From: Podarcis melisellensis
Lineage: Eukaryota
Reading direction: 5' to 3' (one strand)
Assembly: GCA_964234715.1 (NCBI GenBank)
Contig: OZ174275.1
Length of the DNA stretch: 64,000 nucleotides
Shown here one piece after another: positions 1 to 12,800 of this stretch; position 1 is the first letter of the stretch; each line of letters begins with the position of its first letter. A program made the translations under genes and the position numbers. The notes beneath the pieces are model-generated. The model was not told where the DNA came from and made no database searches. It was given only the letters and a program-made list of their open reading frames with translations.

Positions 1-181
1 TCTTAACCTGAAACTGTTCTTAACCTGAAGCACCACTTTAGTTAATGGGGCCTCCTGCTGCCGCCGTGCCGCCAGAGCACAATTTCTGTTCTCACCCTGA
101 AGCAAAGTTCTTAACCTGAAGCACTATTTCTGGGTTAGCGGAGTCTGTAACCTGAAGCGTATGTAACCTGAGGTACCACTG
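1..181. mobile_element. Tc1/mariner-type MITE family A (cut by the window edge)
   Basis: Ends GTAACCTGAGGTACCACTG + TA; nearly identical to 20526..20751. Confidence 0.85.
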
Positions 182-1234
182 TATTGGGAATGGCTACTCA
201 CTGTGGTGGAGGGCAGCACACTACTTGCTACATCAACCCAGTAAGGTAGTCCCCTAGTAACAGGTGACATTCCTTCCTTCCTCCCCTCCCCTCCCTCTCT
301 GCTTGTCACCTAGGGCAAGGGAATTCTCACTGCCTCAAGGTGGTCTGTTCAGGAGTAAAGGAACAACCAGCTGAATTCCAGCTCTCCTGCTTGGCCACCT
401 CAGCCCATCTCCTCTTCAGATATTCCAGGTACTTTAAGAACTAATAGCCTAACCGAGAAGGTTTAACCAATGTGGGGGGCAGGAGGCAGGGGACAGCCAG
501 CTCTTGAGTGTGTCCAGAAATTCACAAATCTGAAACAGCAAGTGTCCAGAATCAAAATGAAAATTAAACAGCACACCAGGATGTTGGTCTAACCCTACAC
601 CAGGCAAAGCTAACAGAAAAATGGTCTGGCGTTGGTGGCAAGAGGAGCAACAGACCACATGGACCATGCATTTATGGTCTTTTATGCCAAGGTGGCTTTG
701 AGTGACAGGTTGCTAAGCCCAGCCAATCATAGGATGGCCATGCACTTCAGGAAGGAGTGCTTCACACTTCTGGGAAAGTTGAGAGGTGGGCTGTTAACTG
801 TTGCCGGATCTGTCCACTTCTGCTGTGAGGTGACACTGATGTGTCTTGGAAGAGGAGACGGGACTTTTCCGCCTGGATGTAATAAAGAACTGGGCAATCC
901 CAAAGTGACAGGAAGGGGTGGGCAGAACCACCGTTCAGCCATTTCTGTTTGAAGGGAAGCATGCGATGGCACAGCTCTAAAATAACCTGCACCACCCATT
1001 TTAACACAGGGATGTTTGTGCTACTGCAAGAACTTCCAGTGAGAAATAAATTGGAGTTAACACCAAACGTCTGCCAGGTAATGTGTAAACTGCAAATCAC
1101 CTCTCTCAGTAAGTTCTGCAGCAGCAAAGCAGCTGCCCAGTCCTGGCAGAAATGCAGGTGGCATTTTCCCCAAAGAAAGGGATCTGTCCCTTAAAACAAA
1201 TGAAGCCTGACTGCATGCTCCCTTGCCTCACCTA

Positions 1235-1587
1235 AAAAAGGTAAAGAGACCCCTGACCATTAGGTCCAGTCATGGCCGACTCTGGGGTTGCGGCGCTCAT
1301 CTCACTTTATTGGCCAAGGGAGCCGGCGTACAGCTTCCGGGTCATGTGGGCAGCATGACTAAGCCGCTTCTGGCGAACCAGAGAAGTGCACGGAAACGCC
1401 GTTTACCTTCCTGCCGGGGCGGTTCCTATTTATCTACTTGCACTTTGATGTGTTTTAGAACTGCTAGGTTGGCAGGAGCAGGGACCAAGCAATGGGAGCT
1501 CACCCCGTTGCGAGGATTCGAATCGCCAACTTTCTGATCAGCAAGTCCTAGGCTCTGTGGTTTAACCCACAGTGCCACCCGCGTCCC
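1235..1587 (-). mobile_element. Sauria SINE, full length
   Basis: Minus-strand head GGGACGCGGGTGGCACTGTGGGTTAAACC with tRNA-like boxes and an ACCTTT-type tail; TSD TTGCCTCACCTA at 1223..1234 and 1588..1599. Confidence 0.9.
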
Positions 1588-3442
1588 TTGCCTCACCTAG
1601 TGAACTGATAATTAACCTTTGGGCTTTCAGTGATTATTTAGCAGCCAATTCAAACTGTTATTCTTTGTAGAAGATAACAGGTTCTCTTGACAAAGAATCA
1701 TACAGGCAGAATTACTTCTTCCTTTGTAGATTAAGTTCAATATGTGTGTGTGTACATGGATTACAGCTGTGCTTTTGCCACCAAGTACCCATTTCACATA
1801 GTTCAATTTAGATTAAAATCTTACTAATGGGCCCCATTTTTTTAAAAAAAACTTATTAATTGATTTACTAATGAATTAATTACTTGAATTATTGAAGACT
1901 CAAGTAATCCTTTCTACCCTAGCTAGACTTGGAAGCAAGATTTTGCCAAATTTAGAGCACTAAGTAGGTAGAGCTTCAAGCCTTAATTGATTAATTGGTG
2001 AGATTAATCAACTAAAGCTTTAATCACAGATTAAAAATTGATCCCTGATTCATCAGTGGGACTCACAGCAAGTGAAGACTCAGGGATTTAGGATTTAAAA
2101 GACTTGCTGCTGTAGAGACTGTATTGGGGTGCTCCTGCTCTTCTCGTTGCTGGTGATTGTTGCCATTACTAAGCTCAGCAGACCAAATGTCATAGCAGTA
2201 TAAGGCATCTTGCTGTGTTCCTGTCTAGATTGTCTATAGGTTTTGAACATGTCCATTTTAAAGCTATAATTATACTGTCACTTGGGAGAATTCCATATCC
2301 ACAGATTTGATGGTGAGCACATGAAAGGAATCGTCTACCGTCAGATCAGTGGTAATTTTGTTCATTAAATTCCAGGGTACCAGCCCTGCTGTAAAACAGT
2401 GCATAGTGTCATGTTGCCAATCTGTGGAAGGGTGTGGCAGCAGTACGGCACACCAGGCATCCCTAACCTGGGATGCTCCAGATGTTCTGGACTACAGTTC
2501 CCATCATTCCCAACCAGCACAATTTCACTGATGCTGTTGGAATTCAAGTATCCTGTGAGCAGGACTGCAGGCAATACCTTTATGGTTGTGTGGGATTCAT
2601 CATTGCAGAGATAGGATTGCCTCTGGCTTATAAGAAACCTTGGAGCTACAGTTGATGTTTTTATTGGTGGAAGTAACCCTACATGTTTGTTAATATTCTT
2701 CCAGATTCTGTCTGTTTCCCAGGTACTTCTTTAACATATCTGGATGTATGGGAGTAGCATCCAAGAATAGACGGGGTGAAGAGGGAAAGTGATGCCTTAC
2801 AGACTAGGGGAAAGTGCAGTGGGCTGAGAGCCAGGAAGTACTTTCCCCCCTGCATGCTGTTTCAGCTCACACCTTCAGTGGCTCTCATGTTACCTGCAAA
2901 GGGAATGGGGATAAGTAGTCTCCATGTGCTTAATAAGAATATTCATATACAGAATGTGGCAAAGAATGGGAAAGTCTAGCTGTTAAAACCCCTTGATCAC
3001 AGCAAGCCCATCTGTTAAGGAATGGTTATCTCAATCATTAATGGTTGTTTCAGTAGTTATTTAAATCAAGGGTTCTCAGTCTCTTGGGACCTGAAGACAT
3101 ATTTGGAAATTGCAGTAACTGCTGTGGGTGCCACAGGTGATGCTCAGACTCCACCTCCCTCCAAACAGGTAAAACTGCCTCCCCAAAATACTAATAAAAC
3201 AGGAGGGTTAAGGACACCCATTGGAGACTCTAGGGATAAACTAATGAGAAGTAGACAAGCTGTACAAACTTTGTTGTTGTTGTTGTTAAATGACATGCTT
3301 TTATTTTATATTTGAATCATTGCTTTGGAATAGTGAATTCAAATAGCTTCTGGAGACTTTAGCGTTTAGAAAAAAATTGGAACTAATATCCAAGAAAGTG
3401 GCTTCATCAGATCATTTCAAGATGAAGCTCAAATTGTATATA

Positions 3443-3923
3443 CCGTATTTTTCGCCCTATAGGACGCACCGGCCCATAGGATGCACCTAGATTTTTTGGG
3501 GGGGGAAATAAAGGGGAAAAAATTATTTCCCCCCCCCCAGGTGCGGGGCTGGGGCGGGGGAAGCCTGAGCTTCCGCCGACCCCAGCCCCCAGAACGGGTC
3601 CCAGAGCGATGCAGAAGCTGCGCACAGCTTCGGCATCGCTCTGGCAGCTTGCGGGGCTGAGGGAGGGGGAAGCCTGCCGCCAGCCTCCAAACCAGGTCGG
3701 GAGACAGTGGGATGGCGCGCTGCGCCTCCCCGCTGTCCCTCGAGCTTCTGGGGCTGGCGGTGGGGCTGTCCTGAAGCCTGGAGAGCAAGAGGGGTTGGTG
3801 CGCACCGACGCCTCTTGCTCTCCAGGCTTCAGCGAAAGCCTTCATTCGCCCCATAGGACGCACACACATTTCCCCTTCATTTTTGGAGGGGGAAAAGTGC
3901 GTCCTATAGGGCGAAAAATACGG
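3443..3923. mobile_element. Tc1/mariner(pogo)-type MITE family C with a GC-rich interior
   Basis: Perfect 27-bp TIR CCGTATTTTTCGCCCTATAGGACGCAC, TA TSD. Confidence 0.9.
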
Positions 3924-4812
3924 TAGTAGCTGGGTTTTGTTTGAATGGTGATGTTGCCTCAAATGGGTGTGTCAGAGGAGCTTATCTAGAACCTCTGAGA
4001 GCCAGGAAACAAATGCAGGAATCTGCCCTAAATATATTTGTCTTGTTGCTTGGCCCATAGCAGTATTGGTTGCTATCAACACATCCTTCCTACGAATCAG
4101 AGGAGAAAGTTACTCTGCACCAGAATGACTTAGCCAGTGGTACCTTTCCCCTCATGGACCATTTGAAGATTGCTATAACGCTTATATATTGTTTAGTCCT
4201 ACACATTTCTAAGGGTGCCATAGAATTCAAATTGTAATACAATAAAATGCAATATAAGAAATAAAATAGACAATAAAAATACAATTAAAAAACAAAATGA
4301 CTGTATCTGTATCTATATATCTCTATCTACCTATCTATGTATTTTTGTGCTTATTGTTTTCTTATTGTTAGCCACGTTGATTTCTTTTTGAAGCTAAAGG
4401 GGGATATATGTTCCTTAAACAAACAACGTGTAGCTACACAATGCCTTTGTGAGACAGGTTAGGCTTCTGTGCAAAGGCAGTCCTGGAGAGGGAGAAGCTG
4501 CAGCTGCTCAAACACCCTTGTCTTCAAAAGTATTAAAGGCACAGGAGCCTTGTAATATATTGAAGTTCTGGGTTGGTGCTACTGCCAGTTACCAGCAAGC
4601 ATATAAAGGTGACGACTGTGTTTGTTGCACGAAAAGGACTAGATGACCTTGGCACCATGATGCAGTCTTGCAGGAAAGCATCATGGAGGGTTAGAGGCCA
4701 AGATGAAGCTTGTATTGCTGCTGCTGCTGATATACATTAGGGAAATGGAGAATCTCGTATCAAGTTAACTTTCATTTGCATACTTCATTGGCAGAGCATT
4801 TGTGCGCAAGTA

Positions 4813-5121
4813 CCGTACTTTTCCGTCTATAAGACGCCCTCATGTATAAGACACCCCCCCCCTGGTTTTGGGGGACTCAATTTTAAGAAAATGGGGGAAA
4901 TGGCCCAAAATTGTTGAGCTTCTCCCCCCATGCAACTGTGGGCAGGAAACACGCCCTAGATCCTTCCCTGCACGCAGCAGCATCAGGGGAAGTTGTGCTC
5001 CCGCTGGCTGGCGGGCACGCCGCTTCTCCCACCCATGCCACTATCTGTGTATTGGATGACCCCAGTTTTTTGACACAATTTTTGAGTCAAAAAACATCAC
5101 CTGATACACGGAAAAATATGG
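4813..5121. mobile_element. MITE related to family C, degenerate
   Basis: TA-CCGTACTTTTCCGT...ACGGAAAAATATGG-TA. Confidence 0.75.
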
Positions 5122-6235
5122 TATGTAGAGATGGGTAGGCAATAAGGCACATTGAATTTTTCAAATTCCAAAAAATGAGGGGTGCTAAAAAGTTGTACCA
5201 TGACATGGGAATTTAAAATATATTTTGGTTAAATTAATATAATTTATTTTTGTTTGCTAAGTAAAATGTGTGTTAAATTGCACATAAGTAATTAAAAATG
5301 ATTGCCAAGTACTTGCAGTAAACCTGCCATGTTTACACCCCCCCCCCCCCCGGTTGTCCTTTCTGGCAGCCGGGCAGCCTTCTCTTGGGGACTGGGGCAA
5401 TTGTTATCTAGTGGGACAGGAAAGCCACTGACAGACCAGATAAAATGGAGGCCTTGCATGAACCTTCTGAGCTAGCAGTAGTAGACCGAGGAGGAAGGGT
5501 GGGAGAGCATGTTAGTTTAATCCTAACCTCATCCCATGCCCCCTTAATCTTCTTGAATAACTGGGAATTTCACAGCTCACTGATCCCCAGGGCACTGCTC
5601 AGAAAGCAGCCTGGCCTGTATACACAGAGCAGGGCACTTGCCTGGCACCAAAACACACCCAAAAGCCCAGCACAGAGCCCCAGGCACATACCAGCTGCAA
5701 GTGTTTTCTAACTGTCCTCTCTGTGCCAACCTTCATTGTGGAATAGGGATGAGCACAGCACTGTTTGATTGCTGTCAGTGCTGGTCAGCTGCAATCCTCA
5801 ACACACTTACTAGGGAGTAAACCCTGTTGAATGCAGTGGGAAGCATATATGGGGTTGCCTTGCTTAAAACTTACAGCCTTTGTTCTTTGATATGTGCACA
5901 CGCAAGACAAAAATGGGCATTGAAAAATCATGTAACAGATTGTCAGTTCTTAAGTAATTTAATGTTCTCTTTTCTGTATGGACTAAAGAAGCATGATTGA
6001 TTTCAAGATGGCAAGTTAAAAGCCAGATATCCTCCTGCTCATGGGTGTAGTGAGGGCAGCAAATCAGGCAGTGTAGTTCCATTGTAGCGTCTCCTTGGCC
6101 CTTGCACCTTCACAGCCGAGCACAATAAAGTGTGTCATTTCACCATTCATAACCCCCCTTGGAGATGGGACAGCCCTGGGTCACAAGCAGTACAAGAATA
6201 TATTCACATATCTCTTTTTTCTTCTTTCCTTGCAG

Positions 6236-6255
6236 CATCGTCACCTGGAATGATG
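6236..6255 (+). CDS. CARNS1: CARNS1 start-codon micro-exon (20 nt, ends ATG ATG)
   Basis: Polypyrimidine tract plus TGCAG acceptor at 6235, then ATGATG|GTGAGT donor. It supplies the Met missing from the next exon, which starts in phase 0 with LSLD. Confidence 0.75.
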
Positions 6256-6828
6256 GTGAGTCTAGCCTTTATTTGGCTTTCGTCTCCTCGCACCTTATAT
6301 AGCTCCCATTTGGACCTTATGGTCCCTCTTTGGGGAAACTCAAAACAGTAGTAATTCGAAAATGCAGCATATCTGAATTACAGTTCTGTAACTCCCTGAG
6401 GATGAACCAGTAGAGTACAAAACACATTGGTTCAATAGGCCTTTTTCTTGTCTACTCTGCTGGGGGTGTTTTTGGTTTTGTTTCCAGGTACTTAAGACCC
6501 ATTTTTGTTGAACTCCCTCTGTTCTGGCCAAAATAGCCTCCTTTTTTTGTCTCTCACTGAGACATGTTTATTTTTGTAGCGGTTAAACAACATGAAGAAA
6601 AAAACCCTGTTAGATGTAGTCTGGGCAACACCAGAACTTGGCTAGTACCATCTTGCCTTTCTATGTGAAAATTATTCAGTTCTCCCATGGGTTCCCAGCC
6701 TCTTTAGTCCTCCATGACACTGAGGATCAGCTACTCAACCAGCCAGTGCCACATTGCAGCAACAGACCCTTGGGCATTGTTATTGTCAAAATGTCTATAC
6801 CACCCTTCATCTGTGGATCACAGGGCAG

Positions 6829-6868
<40 letters not shown>

Positions 6869-9800
6869 CTCTCTCTCTATATAAATAAATATAATGTAAC
6901 ATAATAGCAAATAGAAACAATAACCCCCACAGTTTAAAAGATCATAGATCAGTGATGGCCAAACTTGGCCCTCCAGCTGTTTTGGGACTACAACTTCCAT
7001 CATCCCTAGCTAACAGGACCAGTGGTCAGGGATGATGGGAATTATAGTCCCAAAACAGCTGGAGGGCCGAGTTTGGCCATCACTGCCATATATAATTTAA
7101 CTAGCCAAAGGTCTGGGAAAAGAGCAGTGTTCTCCACTGGCTACTGGCAGGAATGATCTTCTCCCCGTTTCTCTGGTGGGATCTGTGCTGTGGCTAAGTT
7201 CCTTCTCCTTTTCCAGGCCTATTTCCCAACCCTTTGTCTTTCTCTTTCTGTAGCTGTCTCTGGACCAGATCCACACAGAGCCACCTCCAACTCCCAAGGA
7301 ACTGGATTGGGCAGAACAGGGGTTTCTACCACCCCTCAGCCCCTTGCGCTGTGCCTGGCGCCGGGATGTGCCTCTGGACTGCAAGATCAGCCCTGAGGAT
7401 GCACAGGCCCGGGCCTGGACAGCTTACTACTATGACCTGCTGCAGTGCACCTTGCAGCAGGAGGGGCTCCCAGAGACAATTGACCACACCAAGGAGCCTC
7501 GAACAGGTGAGTCCTTCTTTGGCTGGATGGCTGCTGTTTCTCTCCTTTAACCTGGAATGTGTCAGAGCATCTGCATTAATGGTAAATGTGATAGGTGGAT
7601 CACATGGTGGCATCATCACCATTTCCACCTCAGTGCTTCATCTGAATCCATCTGTAGAATGACTCTGGGATATGGGCTGTGGCTAAGAGAGCAGAGTTAA
7701 TTACCATGATTCTATCTTCAAATCCCAGCATGTGGAGTTCATGGAGCTGGGACATTAGGATTCCCAGATCTAGAATGAGAATCAGGTCACCAACTCATTT
7801 CTTTTCTTTCCCAGGGTTTGGACCATCAGACATAACCATCTGTGTCTTGGGCTCTCCCACTTCATACTTGTCTGTGCTTCTGGAAGGTGGCAACCAGTGT
7901 CCCGGTGAGTTCCATCCTAATGCCATAGCCAAAAGCCTTCGGTCGTCTCTTTGCCTTGGCTCTGCTGGGTGACTCATTCATCCTTACTCATGGCTGGTGA
8001 AGTACTGAGGAGTCCAGTGGTGTCCCACCTCACCTCACCCAGCAGGACCACTAAGTTAAAGCTCCCACAGGCAGTCAATGAATTTCCAAAGCTTTGCCTC
8101 CCACTAAAGCATCTTGCCAGAGGCAAGAGGCAACTAGCTTTATTCCCTTTCTCCTCAATAGAGGAATTGAGCAGTGCTTTCCTCTAGAGGCAAACCAGGA
8201 AATCTGGAGAGGGAAGGAGAGAAGGGGCTGCCTTTTTGCTTCCTTGCCACACAGGCCCTTAAAATCCAATGGAGATGGTCTCCCAAGGTGACACCATTTA
8301 GCATTTTTGAAGGTCACTCTAGTGAATCACAACCCATTTTTGTACATTCTCCTTAAGGGAAGGGGGCTAAATGTCATTATCTTTGGTAACCAGGAACCAT
8401 TAAACTCCGAATTGGGGGGAAAGCTATCTGTGAGGGGCTGCCTGAAGAGGTTGCTTGAATCCTCACGTCTTGACTGGCTGCTGGCTGGGATACTTCCTAC
8501 TATTTTGTTTCTGAAACAGAAGCTGTGCAGCTTGAATTGTATTGAACCAGAGCTGCTTACCGTTTTGAGTTACCATACAGAGTTCCACCCCAGCTGGTGT
8601 CTGCAACTGAATTTATCCACTTCCTTTGGGGTTTATTCTTTTCTTTTAGCTTAAAATTCATCTTCAAGAACTTTTATCTCACTGGATTGCTTCACTTACC
8701 TGTATACCAGCTGAAGGCACCTGGAATTAACCTTTGTCACAGCAAACAGTTGTATATACCTGCTAGGGCTGGGCGATAACTGGTTTTCAATATTGCGATA
8801 TGTCACATTGTGATATATCGATATATCATGATATCTGAAATAAGGAAATACACAGAGGCAAACAGAACAATGTCCTGGCAACTGCTACTACTTAAGGGTC
8901 TAAAACTGATAAATGATGATATCAATCACCTCATGGTCACTTTCAGCAGCAGGCAAGCCAAAATGCATCTAAATGACACTTTTGGTTTTGGGCTTGGCTA
9001 CCAAATGGTGGTATTCAGGACAATCCAAAGTACTGCAATGAGTCATATTGAATACAAATAATCTGCTAGGTGGCAGCAGCAGCAGCCGCAGCCTGGTAGT
9101 GGCAGAATCAACAGCGGGGGGAGGGGGGAGCAGCGGCAGCCTCGCAGCAGGGGCACAATAATCGGCAGCCTGTGAATCCTCGTTATGGCTGTGGGCAGGG
9201 GGTGGCAGAAGCGTCGGCAGCCTGCAAGGCCTTGTTATGGTGGTGACAGTAGCGGCGGCCTGCAAGGCCATGTGGTGGCGGCAGGAGACCGTGGCAGAAG
9301 CAGAGGTGGCCTGCAAGGCCTTGCTGAGGCAGGCTGCCACAGCTTCTGCCACCACCTCCCACTACTGCTAGGAGGACCTGCTGCCCACTGTCACTTCTTG
9401 CCACCACAGAGAAACCTTGCAAGCCCCACCTCTTGTGTCGTTACGAGGCCGTGCAGGCTGCCACTACTATTGCGGCCATCTCCCGTTGCTGCTGTAAGGC
9501 CTCACAGGATGCTGCTACTGCCGCCACCTCTTGTCACTGCCATGAGTCCCTACAGGCCACCTCTGCTTCTCCTGCCAAATCCTGTCGCCACTGCGAGGCC
9601 TCGCAGGCCAGTGCCGTTACTGCCACTACTTTCCGTCACCACCATGAGGCCTCACAGGCCGCCACCTCATGCTGTCACCGCAAGGCCTTACAGGCTGCTG
9701 TCACTAATGCCACCACCTCCCAATAACTGCTGTGAGTCCTTGCAGGTGGCCACCACTCCTGCCACTGCCTCCCATCTCTTCCTCGAGTCCTCACAGTCCG

Positions 9801-12800
9801 CCGCCGCTAGTGCCATCACTAGCACCACCGCAAAGCCTTGCAGTCTGCTGCTGTTTCTGCTGCTGCAAGGCCTTGCAGGCTGCCACTGCTACTGCCGCCA
9901 TTTATTTATTTTTGCTGTTGTGAGGCTGTCCTGTTCACCTCTGTATAGTTCAATCCTTATTTCAGACATTGTGGTAGATGGCAATATTTAGCTGGTGATA
10001 ACACTGCAACATTTAGCAGGTGATATTATGAGGTTTACCTGGTGATATTGTGAGCTTTAGCTGCTGAAAACATTTAGTGAGTTATCGCGACGAAAACCAG
10101 GTATCGCCTAGCCCTTAAACACATTGTGATTCGCGATATATTGCCAGCTCAAATACTATGAAACAATTATCACGATGTGAACTTCAAACCAGTTTTGGAC
10201 AATATACCTGCTTAATTCTTTATGTTTTGTCAATTTATTATGGAAAAGTTGTGTGTGTTTAACACAATAATTCTCTCAAATGCATACACTGGTTCAAACT
10301 GACCGGCTACATTATGAAGGTACTTTAGGTCCCAATGATTGTGACAGACGAACCATAGTCATATGCAAATAGTGAACTGGGGTGTTGACTATGTAGCTGA
10401 AATAGGACTACTGAGAGATAAGAAGGGAGTGTCAGCATGCTCAGAGCAAGCCCAAGGTTTGCTGAAAAAGAAAGAGAAACTTCAGGGGAGGAAACCCCAA
10501 GGTGAGGACTCCGTATGCTCAGTAGCCCTTCTGAGTGTCTGGGTGTGGATAGGGTGGAAAACCAGAATGAGGAACCATGGAATGGAGTAGCTTGAAAGAA
10601 GGCCTGGCTGGCTGGCTGGCTGGAACACTGAACAGCAGCACTTCACACTGCAGCATTTTGTCGCAGGTCACAGTTGTATGTATTTTATTCATTTGATTGC
10701 AGTACTCTGGTTAAAAGGGACAGAAGTGGGGGTTTTTTTTAAATAAAAAAAATACATAACAGGAACTAAACTTTGCTCCCTCCCGTCAATAAGCTCTGTC
10801 CCTTCAAGCACATTTTTCTCCCCTTTGGCTCACTTGCAGCATATGAGCTGGGCTAGAAGGAAATAGTCTCAAACAATGGAGTAAAGCAAGTTAAGACAAG
10901 GAAGGGAAATGTTTTTGCTTTAAAAATAGACTTTCTTAATAGTTCAGGGAGACATCCGAATAAAATACCAGTGGATCTCTTGTCGCATCTAGTTTGGCTC
11001 AGACTGTGGACTCAAGCCATATAGATCAACAGTATATTATTTGTACCCAACCTTATGCTTCCAACTGTCATCTATAATAAAGGGTTACAGTTTTAATATG
11101 TCACAACCTTTTGTTCAATACTGCCTATTTCACCAGAAGCATACTAAGGTCTGGAAAGTGTGTGTTTGCTTACACACACGTAGAAACAACCCACACACTG
11201 ATGAAAAGGAGTCTTAAAAAGCAAGGCAAAGAAAATGGAAGAGACGCAATACATTATCAGAAAGACAGTGGTAGTTTTTTTCAGAGGGATGAAGGTAGTT
11301 GCTTGAGATCTCCGCTTAAGAGTATGTACACTTATCACAATTTTGCCACTGGTAAGCAAGTTTTATACCAGTTTTGAAAACTTTTATAGCAGTTTCGAAA
11401 CAGTGGAACAAAATAAATATATAGAAAGCGATTCTTCACTCATATTCCTTTCGAACTTTTAAAATTGGTCTGATTCAGTCTCTGTTCTTGCTGCAACAAA
11501 GTGACATTGTTACTCTGCAGAGCCTGTAATCTCTTGCTGCAGAAACAGCTGTGAGAACCACTGCAAAGTCTTATCACTCTCCCCCCCGCAGCCACCCATC
11601 GAGTTTTTCATCCTAGTAGCTCTCACACTCCACATAAGGTTGGGGACTAACAGTCAAGCTCTAATGTCTTTACACTTCACGTGTAATCACATCATTAGCA
11701 TTCATGGAATTAATTAATTTAATACACATTTTAATAAATAAAAATACTGTTTATACCTACCATATTTTTTGCTCTATAAGACTCACTTTTTCCCTCCTAA
11801 AAAGTAAGGGAAAATGTGTTTGCGTCTTATGGAGCAAATGCAGGCTGCGCAGCTATCCCAGAAGCCAGAACAGCAAGAGGGATTGCTGCTTTCACTGTGT
11901 AGCGATCCCTCTTGCTGTTCTGGCTTCTGAGATTCAGAATATTTTTTTTATTATTTTCCTCCTCCAAAAACTAGGTGCGTCTTGTGGTCTGGGGCGTCTT
12001 ATAGAGCGAAAAATACAGTAATTGTAGAAATAAAGAACATGACTATACAAAGACGTATCTACACATCTACAGGTTAGGCCCTTAACATTGCCAAAATTTT
12101 CTTGTTTCAACCACAGAGTTTATACAGGTGTAAATAACATTCTGTAGCCAAGGGATCAGTGCCCCTTTCCCAAGCTTCACTTTTATTTGGAACTATGGCA
12201 TGTGGGGAAATGGTTAAATATTCTTTCCCCCACCCTGGCTGCATCTCCAGTCATGATTGCCTTCCCCCTCCTCAATTGCAGTTTAGGGTGGAAAATAAAA
12301 TAAATGGGTATAAAGGCAGCACCATTTGGAAAAGGGAGGGTTGATTAAACTGATAAGAGTGTGTTCCTAGAGAGGGGAGATGGACCATAGAGAAGGAAAT
12401 GGTTAGAGCACAATCTATGGAGGCCATTACCAAACTGTAGGCTGGAAGAGCTGGATTATGGGTTACCTACGCCTGAGGAAACGGTGCAGCTGTTCCATTG
12501 TGAGAAAAAGTAATGGAAGCTGACTTTTTGATCAGTGGCATGCAAAAGCCCTGTTAAAAACAAGTCAACTCTATGCTCAGCATAGAGGCAGTTCCAGAAG
12601 ATGGGGAATTTGCTATCACAATTCCTATACAAACAAAACAGGCAACTTGATAGATAAAAACAAACTATTGCTCTCTCAGCCTTATTGAAGTGACATGTGC
12701 ACTGGATTGGATCTTTTTCCCCAACCCAGTGAAATCGGATTCAGTCATGACAAATTTTGATTTATATATCTGAGCCTGCAATATAATTATTGTATTTACA

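Noticed and set aside
1500-1587. tRNA-like A/B boxes (also at 14369 and 56341)
   Set aside because: SINE heads, with no complete cloverleaf.
3407-3962. 132-177-aa ORFs and CpG-island-like composition
   Set aside because: These fall almost entirely within a TIR-bounded MITE, so they are not evidence of a gene or of the CARNS1 promoter.
184-6200. Possible exons of the expected upstream neighbour TBC1D10C or a CARNS1 non-coding exon 1
   Set aside because: No TBC-domain translation was found, and no candidate first exon could be supported from sequence alone.
9185-9991. 268-aa ORF in the CARNS1 intron
   Set aside because: It lies inside the low-complexity GC-rich interior of a hAT-like element. 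Several frames are open and there is no recognisable domain or transposase motif.
11060-11540. Region that reads like a DNA-transposon remnant
   Set aside because: I could not define TIRs, a TSD or a coding motif by eye.
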